Shown here in pieces: positions 48,761-57,209 of a DNA stretch of 64,000 nucleotides. Source of the stretch: a bacterium (GTDB taxonomy: Bacteria; UBA10199; 2-02-FULL-44-16; JAAZCA01); the NCBI GenBank assembly GCA_963674695.2, contig CAXXGI010000003.1, positions 32,001 through 96,000 of the forward strand, given 5' to 3'. Each line of letters starts with the position of its first letter. Position 1 is the first letter of the stretch. Below the pieces are notes generated by a model. It saw only the letters and a list, made by a program, of their open reading frames with translations. It searched no databases and had not been told where the DNA came from. The position numbers and the translations under genes are program-made.

Positions 48761-50455
48761 ATGGCGCAGGTCAGTTTTCAGGTTTTGGACAACATCGGGC
48801 AGGAGCTTGTCGAAGCGGAGCTCATCAGCGCTGATCAACTCGCGGTGGCCCAGGAGACCCAGAAGAATCTGGGCGGAGATCTCGGGCACATTCTTATCAA
48901 GAAGGGGTTTATCACCGAGGAGCAGGTGCTCGAATTCCTGAGCCAGCGCCTCAATATCCCCTTCGTCTCCCTCAAAGACTACACGATCGATCCGGATGTC
49001 ACCAAGCATGTGCCGGTGAGCCTGGCCAAGAAATATCACTTCATGCCGCTCTTCCGAATCGAAGATACGCTCACGGTCGCCATGGCCGATCCGCTCGATG
49101 TCTTTGCCATCGATGAGCTGCGCGTCGCGCTCAAGTGTCAGATTCAGCCGGTGTTGGCCTCCGCTACCGAGATCGAGCGCTTGGTCGGCGAAAACTACCG
49201 CATTATCGATCCCGCTGAGCCCTCCACCGAAGAGGTTGAGATCATTTCCTTCGGGCCGGAGTCTGCGGAGGACGTGGCCGATCGCCTGCGGGAGATGGCC
49301 TCCGGAGCGAAGGTCGTCTCGGAGGTGAATCGCATCCTGCGCAGTGCGGTCAACGAGGGGGCCAGCGATATTCACATCGAGCCGATGGAGCGTTCGGTCA
49401 AGGTGCGCAATCGTATCGACGGCGTGCTCGAGGAGCGCATCATTCTTTCGAAGCAGATGCATCTGCCGATCGTCACCCGCATCAAGATCATCGCCGATAT
49501 GGATATCGCCGAACGGCGCGTTCCCCAGGACGGGCGTGTGCGCATCAAGATGCAGGGCACGGCCCTCGATCTTCGCTTGTCCACCTATCCCACGATGCAC
49601 GGGGAGAAGGTCGTGATTCGTATCCTCAACCGGGAGAAGAATATCGGCCTGGAACAGCTGGGCTTAAAAGAGGACGAACGCGCCACCTTTGAGCGGATCA
49701 TCTCACGGCCACACGGTATCTTTCTCGTGAGCGGCCCCACCGGTTCCGGTAAGACGACCACGCTCTATGCGGCGTTGCAGCGGATCAATTCGCAGGATCG
49801 CAATATCGTCTCCATCGAGGACCCGATCGAAAACGAGATCGTCGGCGTCAACCAGGCGCAGGTCAATACCAAGGCCGGCATGACGTTTGCTTCCGCACTG
49901 CGTTCCATCCTGCGCCAGGATCCGGACGTGATCATGGTCGGTGAAATTCGTGACAGCGAGACGGCTGAGATCGCCGTGCGCGCGGCGATCACTGGCCATT
50001 TGGTCTTTTCCACCATTCACACCAATACGGCCATGGGCGCGGTCTCCCGCCTGGAGAACCTCGGGGTCGAATCGTTTATGGTGGCGTCCGGCATCATCGG
50101 CGTCATGTCACAGCGTCTCGTACGGCGCATCTGTAGTCACTGTAGTCGGCGTGTCGAGCCGGACGAGGTGAAGCTGGCGTCGCTCGATCTGCCGCTGGAT
50201 ACCGTCGTCTACCGAGGGCGTGGGTGCAAACACTGTCGCATGACCGGTTATTCGGGGCGCATCGGCTTGTTCGAAATCGTGCCGATGACGGCGGATCTTC
50301 GCAAATTGATCGTCAAAGGGGTGAACGAGGATGCGCTGGCAGGAGAAGAACGCAAGATGGGCATTCTCGATATGCGCGAGCAGGGGCGTCAGCGTTTGCG
50401 CGAAGGGGTGACGACGGTGGATGAGGTGTTGCGCGCGACGGAAGAACGCGACTGA
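48761..50455 (+). CDS. Pilus assembly ATPase (PilB/MshE/GspE family)
   Basis: MshEN-like N-terminus, ASDIHIEP, GPTGSGKTTT, LRQDPD, tetra-Cys. Confidence 0.92.
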   Translation: MAQVSFQVLDNIGQELVEAELISADQLAVAQETQKNLGGDLGHILIKKGFITEEQVLEFLSQRLNIPFVSLKDYTIDPDVTKHVPVSLAKKYHFMPLFRIEDTLTVAMADPLDVFAIDELRVALKCQIQPVLASATEIERLVGENYRIIDPAEPSTEEVEIISFGPESAEDVADRLREMASGAKVVSEVNRILRSAVNEGASDIHIEPMERSVKVRNRIDGVLEERIILSKQMHLPIVTRIKIIADMDIAERRVPQDGRVRIKMQGTALDLRLSTYPTMHGEKVVIRILNREKNIGLEQLGLKEDERATFERIISRPHGIFLVSGPTGSGKTTTLYAALQRINSQDRNIVSIEDPIENEIVGVNQAQVNTKAGMTFASALRSILRQDPDVIMVGEIRDSETAEIAVRAAITGHLVFSTIHTNTAMGAVSRLENLGVESFMVASGIIGVMSQRLVRRICSHCSRRVEPDEVKLASLDLPLDTVVYRGRGCKHCRMTGYSGRIGLFEIVPMTADLRKLIVKGVNEDALAGEERKMGILDMREQGRQRLREGVTTVDEVLRATEERD

Positions 50456-50469
50456 GGGGAGAGCTGAAC

Positions 50470-51690
50470 ATGGCAACTTTTTATTATCGGGCTCGGGATA
50501 AGGATGGAACCCTTGTCAGTGGAGAGATCGAAGCTGTCTCCGCCGATGAGCTCAAGGACGGTCTGTTCGGCGAAGGCATGGTGCCGCTTGAAGTGCGGGA
50601 GGTGCATGCCGGATCGATTTCACTCAAGTCGATCGGCGATTTCTTCAAGCGCGTGAGGCGCGAGGATCTCATGATCTTCACGCGGCAGTTCTACACGCTT
50701 TTCAAAGCCGGCGTCAGCATGGACACGATCCTGGGGACCATGGTCAAGCAGGTCAAAGCCGGGTCGCTCAAGAATGCGCTGGTGCGGATACGGGCCGACA
50801 TCGCCAGCGGGGCAACGCTGGCTCAGGCATTTGGGCGTCATCCGCGCATCTTCGACGAACTCTATGTCTCTTTGCTCAGTGCGGGCGAGGAGGCTGGTGT
50901 TCTGGAAGAGGTGTTGGCGCACCTCTCGGATTTGCTGCAAAAGGATTATGAAATTCAGAAGAGTGTGAAAGGGGCGACCCTCTATCCCAAGATTGTCATC
51001 GTGGTGCTCATCTTTGCCATCGCCTTCCTCATGACGTTTGTGATCCCGAGATTTGTCGAATTCTATGCGCGTTTCGGAGCGGATCTCCCGTTGCCGACGC
51101 GCATTCTGATCGGTGTGAGCAGTTTCTTTCGCAACTATTGGTACGTCGTGCTCGGTTCGGTCATCGTCCTGTTCTATGCCTTTCACAGTTTTTATCGAAC
51201 CAAGGTTGGACGCCTCAAAATCGACCGGATGCGCTTTCGCATGCCGATCTTCGGCCCGCTCAATCAGAAGGTGGCCTGTGCCCGGTTCGGTCATATCCTT
51301 TCATCCCTCTATCGCAGCGGTTTGGCCATGCCGCGAAGCCTCGAGGTGGTGGCGAACGTGATCGGAAATCTCGCCTTCGCGCTCGAGGTCGAGAAGGTGC
51401 GTGATGAAATTCAGAAGGGCTCGACGCTCTCCGAGGCATTGGGTCGACAGACGTATTTCCCCCCCGTTATCGTCGAAACGACGGCGGTGGGGGAGCGCGC
51501 CGGTGCGCTGGGGGATATGTTGTCGACGGTTTCGGATCACTATGATATGGAAGTGCAGCATACGATTAAGAATCTGACGACGCTTTTAGAGCCGATCATG
51601 TTGATCTTTATTTTCTCCGTTGTGGCGCTCCTGGCGTTGGCTATTTTTCTCCCGATCTGGAATATGTCGACGGTGGTCAGCGGTGGATAA
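50470..51690 (+). CDS. Pilus platform protein (PilC/MshG/GspF family)
   Basis: FTRQFYTLFKAGV, AGEEAGVL, LYPKIV, LLEPIM, IFLPIWNM (MshG-like ending). Confidence 0.92.
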   Translation: MATFYYRARDKDGTLVSGEIEAVSADELKDGLFGEGMVPLEVREVHAGSISLKSIGDFFKRVRREDLMIFTRQFYTLFKAGVSMDTILGTMVKQVKAGSLKNALVRIRADIASGATLAQAFGRHPRIFDELYVSLLSAGEEAGVLEEVLAHLSDLLQKDYEIQKSVKGATLYPKIVIVVLIFAIAFLMTFVIPRFVEFYARFGADLPLPTRILIGVSSFFRNYWYVVLGSVIVLFYAFHSFYRTKVGRLKIDRMRFRMPIFGPLNQKVACARFGHILSSLYRSGLAMPRSLEVVANVIGNLAFALEVEKVRDEIQKGSTLSEALGRQTYFPPVIVETTAVGERAGALGDMLSTVSDHYDMEVQHTIKNLTTLLEPIMLIFIFSVVALLALAIFLPIWNMSTVVSGG

Positions 51691-51715
51691 TCGATGATAA
51701 GGATTGGTGTTCAGC

Positions 51716-52081
51716 ATGCAGCATAAGCGTTCGACCTATGAAATCGTTTTGGTCTCCCTCGTCGTCCTGCTCTCAGTGGCCTTGGCCATGGGGCTCTATG
51801 CCCAGCGAGCGAAGATGCGCAAAAATGCGGTTCTCCTGGAGGAGCTGGCGCTGTTGCGCAACGGGGTCATGCTGCATCGGTTGGTGAACAAGGCGCTTCC
51901 GCCATCGCTTTCGGAATTGGCCGGGGGGACCTACGATGTAGAGGGGACCCCGCACTCCTATCTCCAACGCGTTCCCCCGCGTCGTGACGGGGCGTTCATC
52001 GATCCATTCGGGAACTTCTATCGATATGATGTGCGGTCCGGCTGGATCCATTCGACGACGCCGGGGTGCGAGCGCTGGTAG
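51716..52081 (+). CDS. Small pseudopilin-like membrane protein lacking a canonical leader
   Basis: N-terminal TM helix, PPSLSEL, DPFGNFYRY. Confidence 0.6.
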   Translation: MQHKRSTYEIVLVSLVVLLSVALAMGLYAQRAKMRKNAVLLEELALLRNGVMLHRLVNKALPPSLSELAGGTYDVEGTPHSYLQRVPPRRDGAFIDPFGNFYRYDVRSGWIHSTTPGCERW

Positions 52082-52123
52082 GGTTCGGACAGCTCAATAC
52101 GAAACCGTTTGAAGGAGGCTTTC

Positions 52124-52486
52124 ATGAATCGCAATGCGGAACGGATCATCCTGGTCGCAGTCGCGGTCGTCACCTTTCTGGCGATGGCGGCGTCGATCAC
52201 CTTTGAACGGCGTATTTCGAACCAGAGGGTGATGCAGTATCAATTGCAGGCGCTGCGTGGGTCGGTGGCGCTCTTCAAGGCGATCAATGGTCGAAATCCG
52301 AAGAGCTTGAATGAACTGGTGCTGACTCAATTTCAGTTTCCCGGCGAGGAGACGAAGCATCGCTATCTCGACGATCCCCCGCTCGATCGGGAGGGGCGCG
52401 TAGTCGATCCCTTTGGCATGCCGTATGCCTATGAGGTGAATAAGGGATGGGTGCACAGTGATACCAAGGGGTATGGGTATTGGTAG
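52124..52486 (+). CDS. Small pseudopilin-like membrane protein, paralog of the previous gene
   Basis: TM, PKSLNELV, DPFGMPYAY, GWVHS. Confidence 0.6.
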   Translation: MNRNAERIILVAVAVVTFLAMAASITFERRISNQRVMQYQLQALRGSVALFKAINGRNPKSLNELVLTQFQFPGEETKHRYLDDPPLDREGRVVDPFGMPYAYEVNKGWVHSDTKGYGYW

Positions 52487-52643
52487 TATTGGTGGTATGC
52501 GGTCTCAGCAAGGGTGAGAGGAAAATGATGATACTTCATGAGCGGTTAGATTGTTGTTGGGATCGCGCTTTATTTTTTGTTGTCTCACGAGAGCGATAAT
52601 TGTATAAACCCCTGTCCTATTTCATCATTTTTGTATCTCGTGC

Positions 52644-52673
52644 TGGACAATGAGGGGGAAGAGGATATATAAT
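52644..52673 (+). promoter_or_regulatory. Putative promoter of the major pilin
   Basis: TGGACA-N18-TATAAT in an AT-rich intergenic region. Confidence 0.4.
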
Positions 52674-52749
52674 TACGAGAGAAAGAGGGAAAATCGTAGT
52701 GATTCTCAGTATTTATAAATAATAGCAACACTAACCACAAGGAGGGGGT

Positions 52750-53139
52750 ATGAATAGAAAGGGTTTTACATTAATCGAATTGATCCTCGTGATCGCAATC
52801 CTCGGTATTTTGGCCGTTTCAGCACTGCCGAAGTTCCTGGATCTGTCAACGAAGGCCGAGCAGGCCTCCCGTGATGGTGTCGTCGGTGCCGTGCGCTCCG
52901 GTATCGCCCTCTATCGTGCCAACGAGATGGTGACGGTTGGCGGCGGTGGCAGCTATCCTTCACAGCTCGATGATAGCGCCGATGCGAATGCCTGTTCTGG
53001 AAACTGCTTCAACACGATCCTCGCTAACGGTATCAATGATAGTAGCTGGACGCGCACCTCCTCGTCGGCCTATACGTTCAACGATGGGGCGAACGTGACG
53101 AGTTATACGTATGATTCAGCTACGGGTACTTTTGAATAA
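52750..53139 (+). CDS. Major type IV pilin, MshA-like
   Basis: KG|FTLIELILVIAILGILAVSALPKFLDL...GVVGAVRSG; strong RBS, own promoter and terminator. Confidence 0.9.
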   Translation: MNRKGFTLIELILVIAILGILAVSALPKFLDLSTKAEQASRDGVVGAVRSGIALYRANEMVTVGGGGSYPSQLDDSADANACSGNCFNTILANGINDSSWTRTSSSAYTFNDGANVTSYTYDSATGTFE

Positions 53140-53188
53140 GGGATCTATTTTTTCGCTTCGGCGGAGATTGAACTGAGATGAAAGAGTA

Positions 53189-53230
53189 GGGGAATGGGAA
53201 GCGTAGATGCCTCCCGTTCCCCTCTTTTTT
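53189..53230 (+). terminator. Terminator after the major pilin
   Basis: GGGGAATGGGA...TCCCGTTCCCC followed by TCTTTTTT. Confidence 0.65.
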
Positions 53231-53270
53231 GATGTATGATAGAGGGGGATGCTGGAACCGGGGAGGGGCG

Positions 53271-53774
53271 ATGCGAAAGGGATTTACCCTGATGGAGTTC
53301 TTGCTCACGATGTGCATGCTCACGATTATCGCGTTGCTCTTCATCACCTTCACGGGGGATGTCGGCAACGTGGCCGTGGATGCCGCTTCATGGAAGATTC
53401 AATCGGACCTGCGGTATGCCCAACAGTTAGCGATGAGCATGGGGACGACGCACGGGATCGCATTTGTAAACGGTGGGGACTATACGGTCTATGAGGGGAC
53501 GGTCGCAACGCCGGTGATCGATCCGCTCAAGCGGACGGCGATGGTCGTGACCCTGAATGATTTTGGCGACGTAGCGGTGAACACCGACCTGGTGGTCGAA
53601 TTCGACGCGGTGGGTCGGCCGATGCAAGGGGGCGGCGACTTTGTCGAGGTGATCTCCAGTGGTGGGGCAGCTCGTCGCGTGTATATCACCGCCAATACCG
53701 GGGCGGTGATCGTCGATGTGCTCGATTACGGTTCGGGATGCAACTGTCAGCTTTGCATCGAGGAGGAACGATGA
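53271..53774 (+). CDS. Minor pilin, MshC/FimU-like (cassette 1)
   Basis: G|FTLMEF, IQSDLRYAQQLAM, FDAVGRP, ITANTG. Confidence 0.85.
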   Translation: MRKGFTLMEFLLTMCMLTIIALLFITFTGDVGNVAVDAASWKIQSDLRYAQQLAMSMGTTHGIAFVNGGDYTVYEGTVATPVIDPLKRTAMVVTLNDFGDVAVNTDLVVEFDAVGRPMQGGGDFVEVISSGGAARRVYITANTGAVIVDVLDYGSGCNCQLCIEEER

Positions 53775-54190
53775 GGAGGCGCCGCAGGAGGCGAACAGGG
53801 TTTACGCTCATCGAGCTGGTGCTGACCATCGTCGTAATTTCGGTGGGCCTCTTGGGTGTGCTTGCCCTCTTTGAAAATGCGGTGCGTGGGGCAGCGCTTG
53901 CCGACATCAATGTCATCGCGGCACATCTGGCGCGAGAAAAACTCGAACAGATCGTGCACGACAAGGTGCGCTTTGGATATGCGGCGCTCGATGAGACGCT
54001 CTATCCGGCGGAGAGCTTCAGCGGTGATTTCAGTTCTTATGCGCGCTCGACGACGATCGATGAGGTTTCGAACGCCGATTTTTTGACGCCGGAGGTCGCC
54101 TCCGGATACAAGCGCGTCGAAGTGACGGTGAGTTGGGGCGCTGCAGCCAACATGCATATCACCATTCCGACGGTGTTGGCGGACTACTAG
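53771..54190 (+). CDS. Minor pilin, MshD/PilV-like (cassette 1)
   Basis: G|FTLIEL, LAREKLEQI, YKRVEVTVSW. Confidence 0.85.
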   Translation: MRRRRRRRTGFTLIELVLTIVVISVGLLGVLALFENAVRGAALADINVIAAHLAREKLEQIVHDKVRFGYAALDETLYPAESFSGDFSSYARSTTIDEVSNADFLTPEVASGYKRVEVTVSWGAAANMHITIPTVLADY

Positions 54191-54340
54191 GGCGTGTCCT
54201 CATTTGGTAAGGTGTCATTCCCGCGAAAGCGGGAATCTCGCTTATGAGGGGTCAATCGAGATCCCCGCTTTCGCGGGGATGACAAAAACAAAGACCCCTT
54301 TTGTTTTAAGGGGTTATGGTCAAATGATGACACGCCCTAG
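54187..54340. mobile_element. IS5-family-like MITE with CTAG ends, carrying an internal REP pair
   Basis: CTAGGGCGTGTCCTCATTTG ... CAAATGATGACACGCCCTAG (19/20 inverted match); REP pair at 54213-54284. Confidence 0.75.
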
Positions 54341-54375
54341 TGTGGGTGAAGCGTATGCGGGGGAGGGACGGCGGT

Positions 54376-54897
54376 ATGAAACGTAGGCGCGCAATGGGAT
54401 TTACCTTTGTCGAGACGCTCCTCGTGATCATTATGATTGGCATCTTGGGGGGCATCGCGGCGAGGGTCTTGTTGTCAGGCTTGGATATCTACGCCTTTAT
54501 CGTCAATCGAAACAACGCCTTTCACAATGCCCGCGTGGCGATGGAGCGTATGGTCGACGAGACGCTGCTCATCGATTCGGGGGATATCACCTATCTCGGC
54601 AGTACGCGGTTCGGGTTTCGCGATGTCGATGGGATCTCGACCGACTTTCGGAGTCGCACGATGAGTCGGGATGGCGTGAGCGTTCCCTGTATTTATCGGG
54701 GAGATGATTTTCTCGCGGGCAACGTCGTCAGCCTCGACTTCGACTATCTGAAGGACGATGGGTCGACGACTATTTTTTCGCCATGGGTTCGACGCATCAA
54801 TATCGATTTTACCGTCACCGCGCTCGCCGGTGCGGGCGATGTTCATCTGCGCACCGATGTCTATCCCCGGAATTTTATGTATAGTGGTTTTCAGTAG
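54376..54897 (+). CDS. Minor pilin, MshO/PilW-like (cassette 1)
   Basis: G|FTFVET, ARVAMERM, VYPRN. Confidence 0.85.
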   Translation: MKRRRAMGFTFVETLLVIIMIGILGGIAARVLLSGLDIYAFIVNRNNAFHNARVAMERMVDETLLIDSGDITYLGSTRFGFRDVDGISTDFRSRTMSRDGVSVPCIYRGDDFLAGNVVSLDFDYLKDDGSTTIFSPWVRRINIDFTVTALAGAGDVHLRTDVYPRNFMYSGFQ

Positions 54898-54907
54898 GGG
54901 GCTTTCC

Positions 54908-55639
54908 ATGGGTCGGTGGTGTGTAAGGATCGTTTCGAGCTTGAGGTCGAATCGTCGCGGTGTTTCCATCATCGGGACGGTGTTCACGCTCATCATCCTC
55001 GGCGTTATGGGGGCGGCGCTCGTGGCGATCGTCGCGATGGATCAGGAATCGCGCATGGTGAGTATTCGCCGTGAGCGGGCGTTCTATGCCGTTCAGGCGG
55101 GGTTGGAGTATGCCCTGCGGGAGATCAAGGAGGGGGGGTATCCGATCGTGGCGAACACGGCCATCGGTGAGGCGAGCTTTACGACGACCATCGATGCGGG
55201 GGCGCATCGGATCACCGTGGTCGGCGCGGAGGGCACCAACCGTCGCACGCATTCGATTACCACGAGTCTCCTGGCAGGAGATTGTGCTGCCATCGATGTT
55301 TCGGGGGCGTCGGTAGGGGGGATTGGGAACGACGAGGTGCAGAACATTCTCATCACCCAGAGCTGTCTGAATGCGGTTCGCCTTGAATCGATGACGCTCT
55401 CCTGGGTCTCGGATGTGGGCGAGCGGCTTCGTCGGGTGCAGATCGATGGGATCAATGTCTATGACGATCCGTTCGGCATCGCTTCCGGCGAGACGGTCGA
55501 CGTGGAGGATGTTCGCATCGTCGGCGCAGCGACGATCAATGCGATCGAATTCTCTTCCTCCGTTACGGGAAAGACGGTGAGCATAACGCTGACGTTCACC
55601 GATGCGAGCGAAGTTATTCAGGCGGGGGTATCAATCTAA
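54908..55639 (+). CDS. Minor pilin, MshP/PilX-like, with one C-terminal beta domain (cassette 1)
   Basis: RG|VSIIG (no Glu5), RAFYAVQAGLEYAL. Confidence 0.85.
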   Translation: MGRWCVRIVSSLRSNRRGVSIIGTVFTLIILGVMGAALVAIVAMDQESRMVSIRRERAFYAVQAGLEYALREIKEGGYPIVANTAIGEASFTTTIDAGAHRITVVGAEGTNRRTHSITTSLLAGDCAAIDVSGASVGGIGNDEVQNILITQSCLNAVRLESMTLSWVSDVGERLRRVQIDGINVYDDPFGIASGETVDVEDVRIVGAATINAIEFSSSVTGKTVSITLTFTDASEVIQAGVSI

Positions 55640-55705
55640 AGTATTGTTTTTATAGGTAGTATTTGCTATGACGGTGTGGAGGAAAGATGGTATCATGAAG
55701 GGGCC

Positions 55706-56170
55706 ATGGTGCAGAAACGTAGGGACAGTCGGTTGGGGAAGGCCGGATTTACGCTGGTCGAGTTGATCGCCGTCATGGTGATCATCGCGGCGCTGATGAC
55801 GGCGGCGATGGCGCGAATAGATAATTCAGCCGGATCGCTCGATGCGGTTGCCAACGTGATTCGTTCAAATATTCAGCTTGCCCAGGATCTCTCCATGACC
55901 CAGGACGCCGTCTTTGGTTTCGAGTCGATCTCGGCGTCCGATTATCGCATCTTCGATGGCGCGCCGGGGACGCCGGCCCGTGATCCGCTCACCGGCGGTG
56001 ATTTCGAGGTGACGATTTCACCGGTCGCCTTCGTGGGCGTCGTACCGACGATCACCTTCACGAACGGCATTCCGAGCAATGGGGCGTTGGCGACGATCAC
56101 CGTGCAGGAGGCTTCTATTCAGCGGCAGATTACAGTGACGCCCAACACGGGTTTTGTGCAGATCCCATAG
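55706..56170 (+). CDS. Minor pilin, MshC/FimU-like (cassette 2)
   Basis: G|FTLVEL, IRSNIQLAQDLSM, DPLTG, VTPNTG. Confidence 0.85.
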   Translation: MVQKRRDSRLGKAGFTLVELIAVMVIIAALMTAAMARIDNSAGSLDAVANVIRSNIQLAQDLSMTQDAVFGFESISASDYRIFDGAPGTPARDPLTGGDFEVTISPVAFVGVVPTITFTNGIPSNGALATITVQEASIQRQITVTPNTGFVQIP

Positions 56171-56194
56171 TCGGTGGGATGAAGGGGTGTATCC

Positions 56195-56650
56195 ATGCGA
56201 CTTCGACGGAGACAGGGTTTTTCGCTGATCGAGGCGTTGCTCATCCTCATCGTCATGTCGATCGCCTTCTTGGGTTTTGGCTATCTCTATGGCAATGTTA
56301 CGCAGGAGGCGCTCAAGGCGGATCTCACCGTTTTGGCGACGAAGCTCGGTCGTGAGAAGATGGAGGGGATCATTCAGACCAAGGCCGACTCCGGATATGG
56401 GGCGGTCTCCTCCGAGTCCTCTACGTCGGTGAGCAGCGGGACTTGGTCGTTCGATCGCGAGGTGGTCGTGACCTATGTCAATCCCGCCGATTTTTCCACG
56501 GCGGGAAGCGATACGGGATATAAGAAGGTGGAGGTGACGGTTTCTTGGGGGGCGGGCGTGGGGGATACCGTGACGATCACCTCGCTGGTAACCGACATGG
56601 TGCCGAGCGCGGTGACCGGCGGCGGCGGGGGGTTCCCCCCCTGTCCGTGA
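56195..56650 (+). CDS. Minor pilin, MshD/PilV-like (cassette 2)
   Basis: G|FSLIEA, LGREKMEGI, YKKVEVTVSW. Confidence 0.85.
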   Translation: MRLRRRQGFSLIEALLILIVMSIAFLGFGYLYGNVTQEALKADLTVLATKLGREKMEGIIQTKADSGYGAVSSESSTSVSSGTWSFDREVVVTYVNPADFSTAGSDTGYKKVEVTVSWGAGVGDTVTITSLVTDMVPSAVTGGGGGFPPCP

Positions 56651-56675
56651 TATCGTCGAAGGAGGATGGGCGCGG

Positions 56676-57209
56676 ATGAAAGGCAGCGGATACAGCGCGA
56701 TCGGACGGCGAGCCTTTACGCTCGTCGAGTCGATCCTCGCGATCATCATCATCAGTGCCATGGCACTGGTGACGGGCGATATCCTCATGAGTGGCATGGA
56801 TACCTATGCGCTCGTCGTCGAGCGCCGAGAGGCGTTGCAACAGGCACGGCTTGCCACCAACTTTATGACGAACGAGTTGCAGACGATCGCCGATCCGGCC
56901 ACCGATATCAGCAGCATCGGTGCAACTTCGATCACCTTCACGCCCGCAGGGGGTGGGGGGCCGGTGACCTATTCGGTGAGCGGTTCAAATCTGATGCGCG
57001 GGGCCGATATCCTGGCGACGAACATTGGGGGGGCGACCCAGTTTCTGTATTTTACCACCGGTGGGGCGGCGACGAGTAACCCGACGCAGGTCTATCGGAT
57101 CGATCTCACCGTGCAGATCGATGCCAACGATCCCAAATTTGATTCGGTGACGATCAAGAACGGCATCTATCTCCGGAACCGATACTATGATCAGTTTACG
57201 CAGACATAG
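56676..57209 (+). CDS. Minor pilin, MshO/PilW-like (cassette 2)
   Basis: A|FTLVES, SGMDTY, ARLATNFM, IYLRN. Confidence 0.85.
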   Translation: MKGSGYSAIGRRAFTLVESILAIIIISAMALVTGDILMSGMDTYALVVERREALQQARLATNFMTNELQTIADPATDISSIGATSITFTPAGGGGPVTYSVSGSNLMRGADILATNIGGATQFLYFTTGGAATSNPTQVYRIDLTVQIDANDPKFDSVTIKNGIYLRNRYYDQFTQT

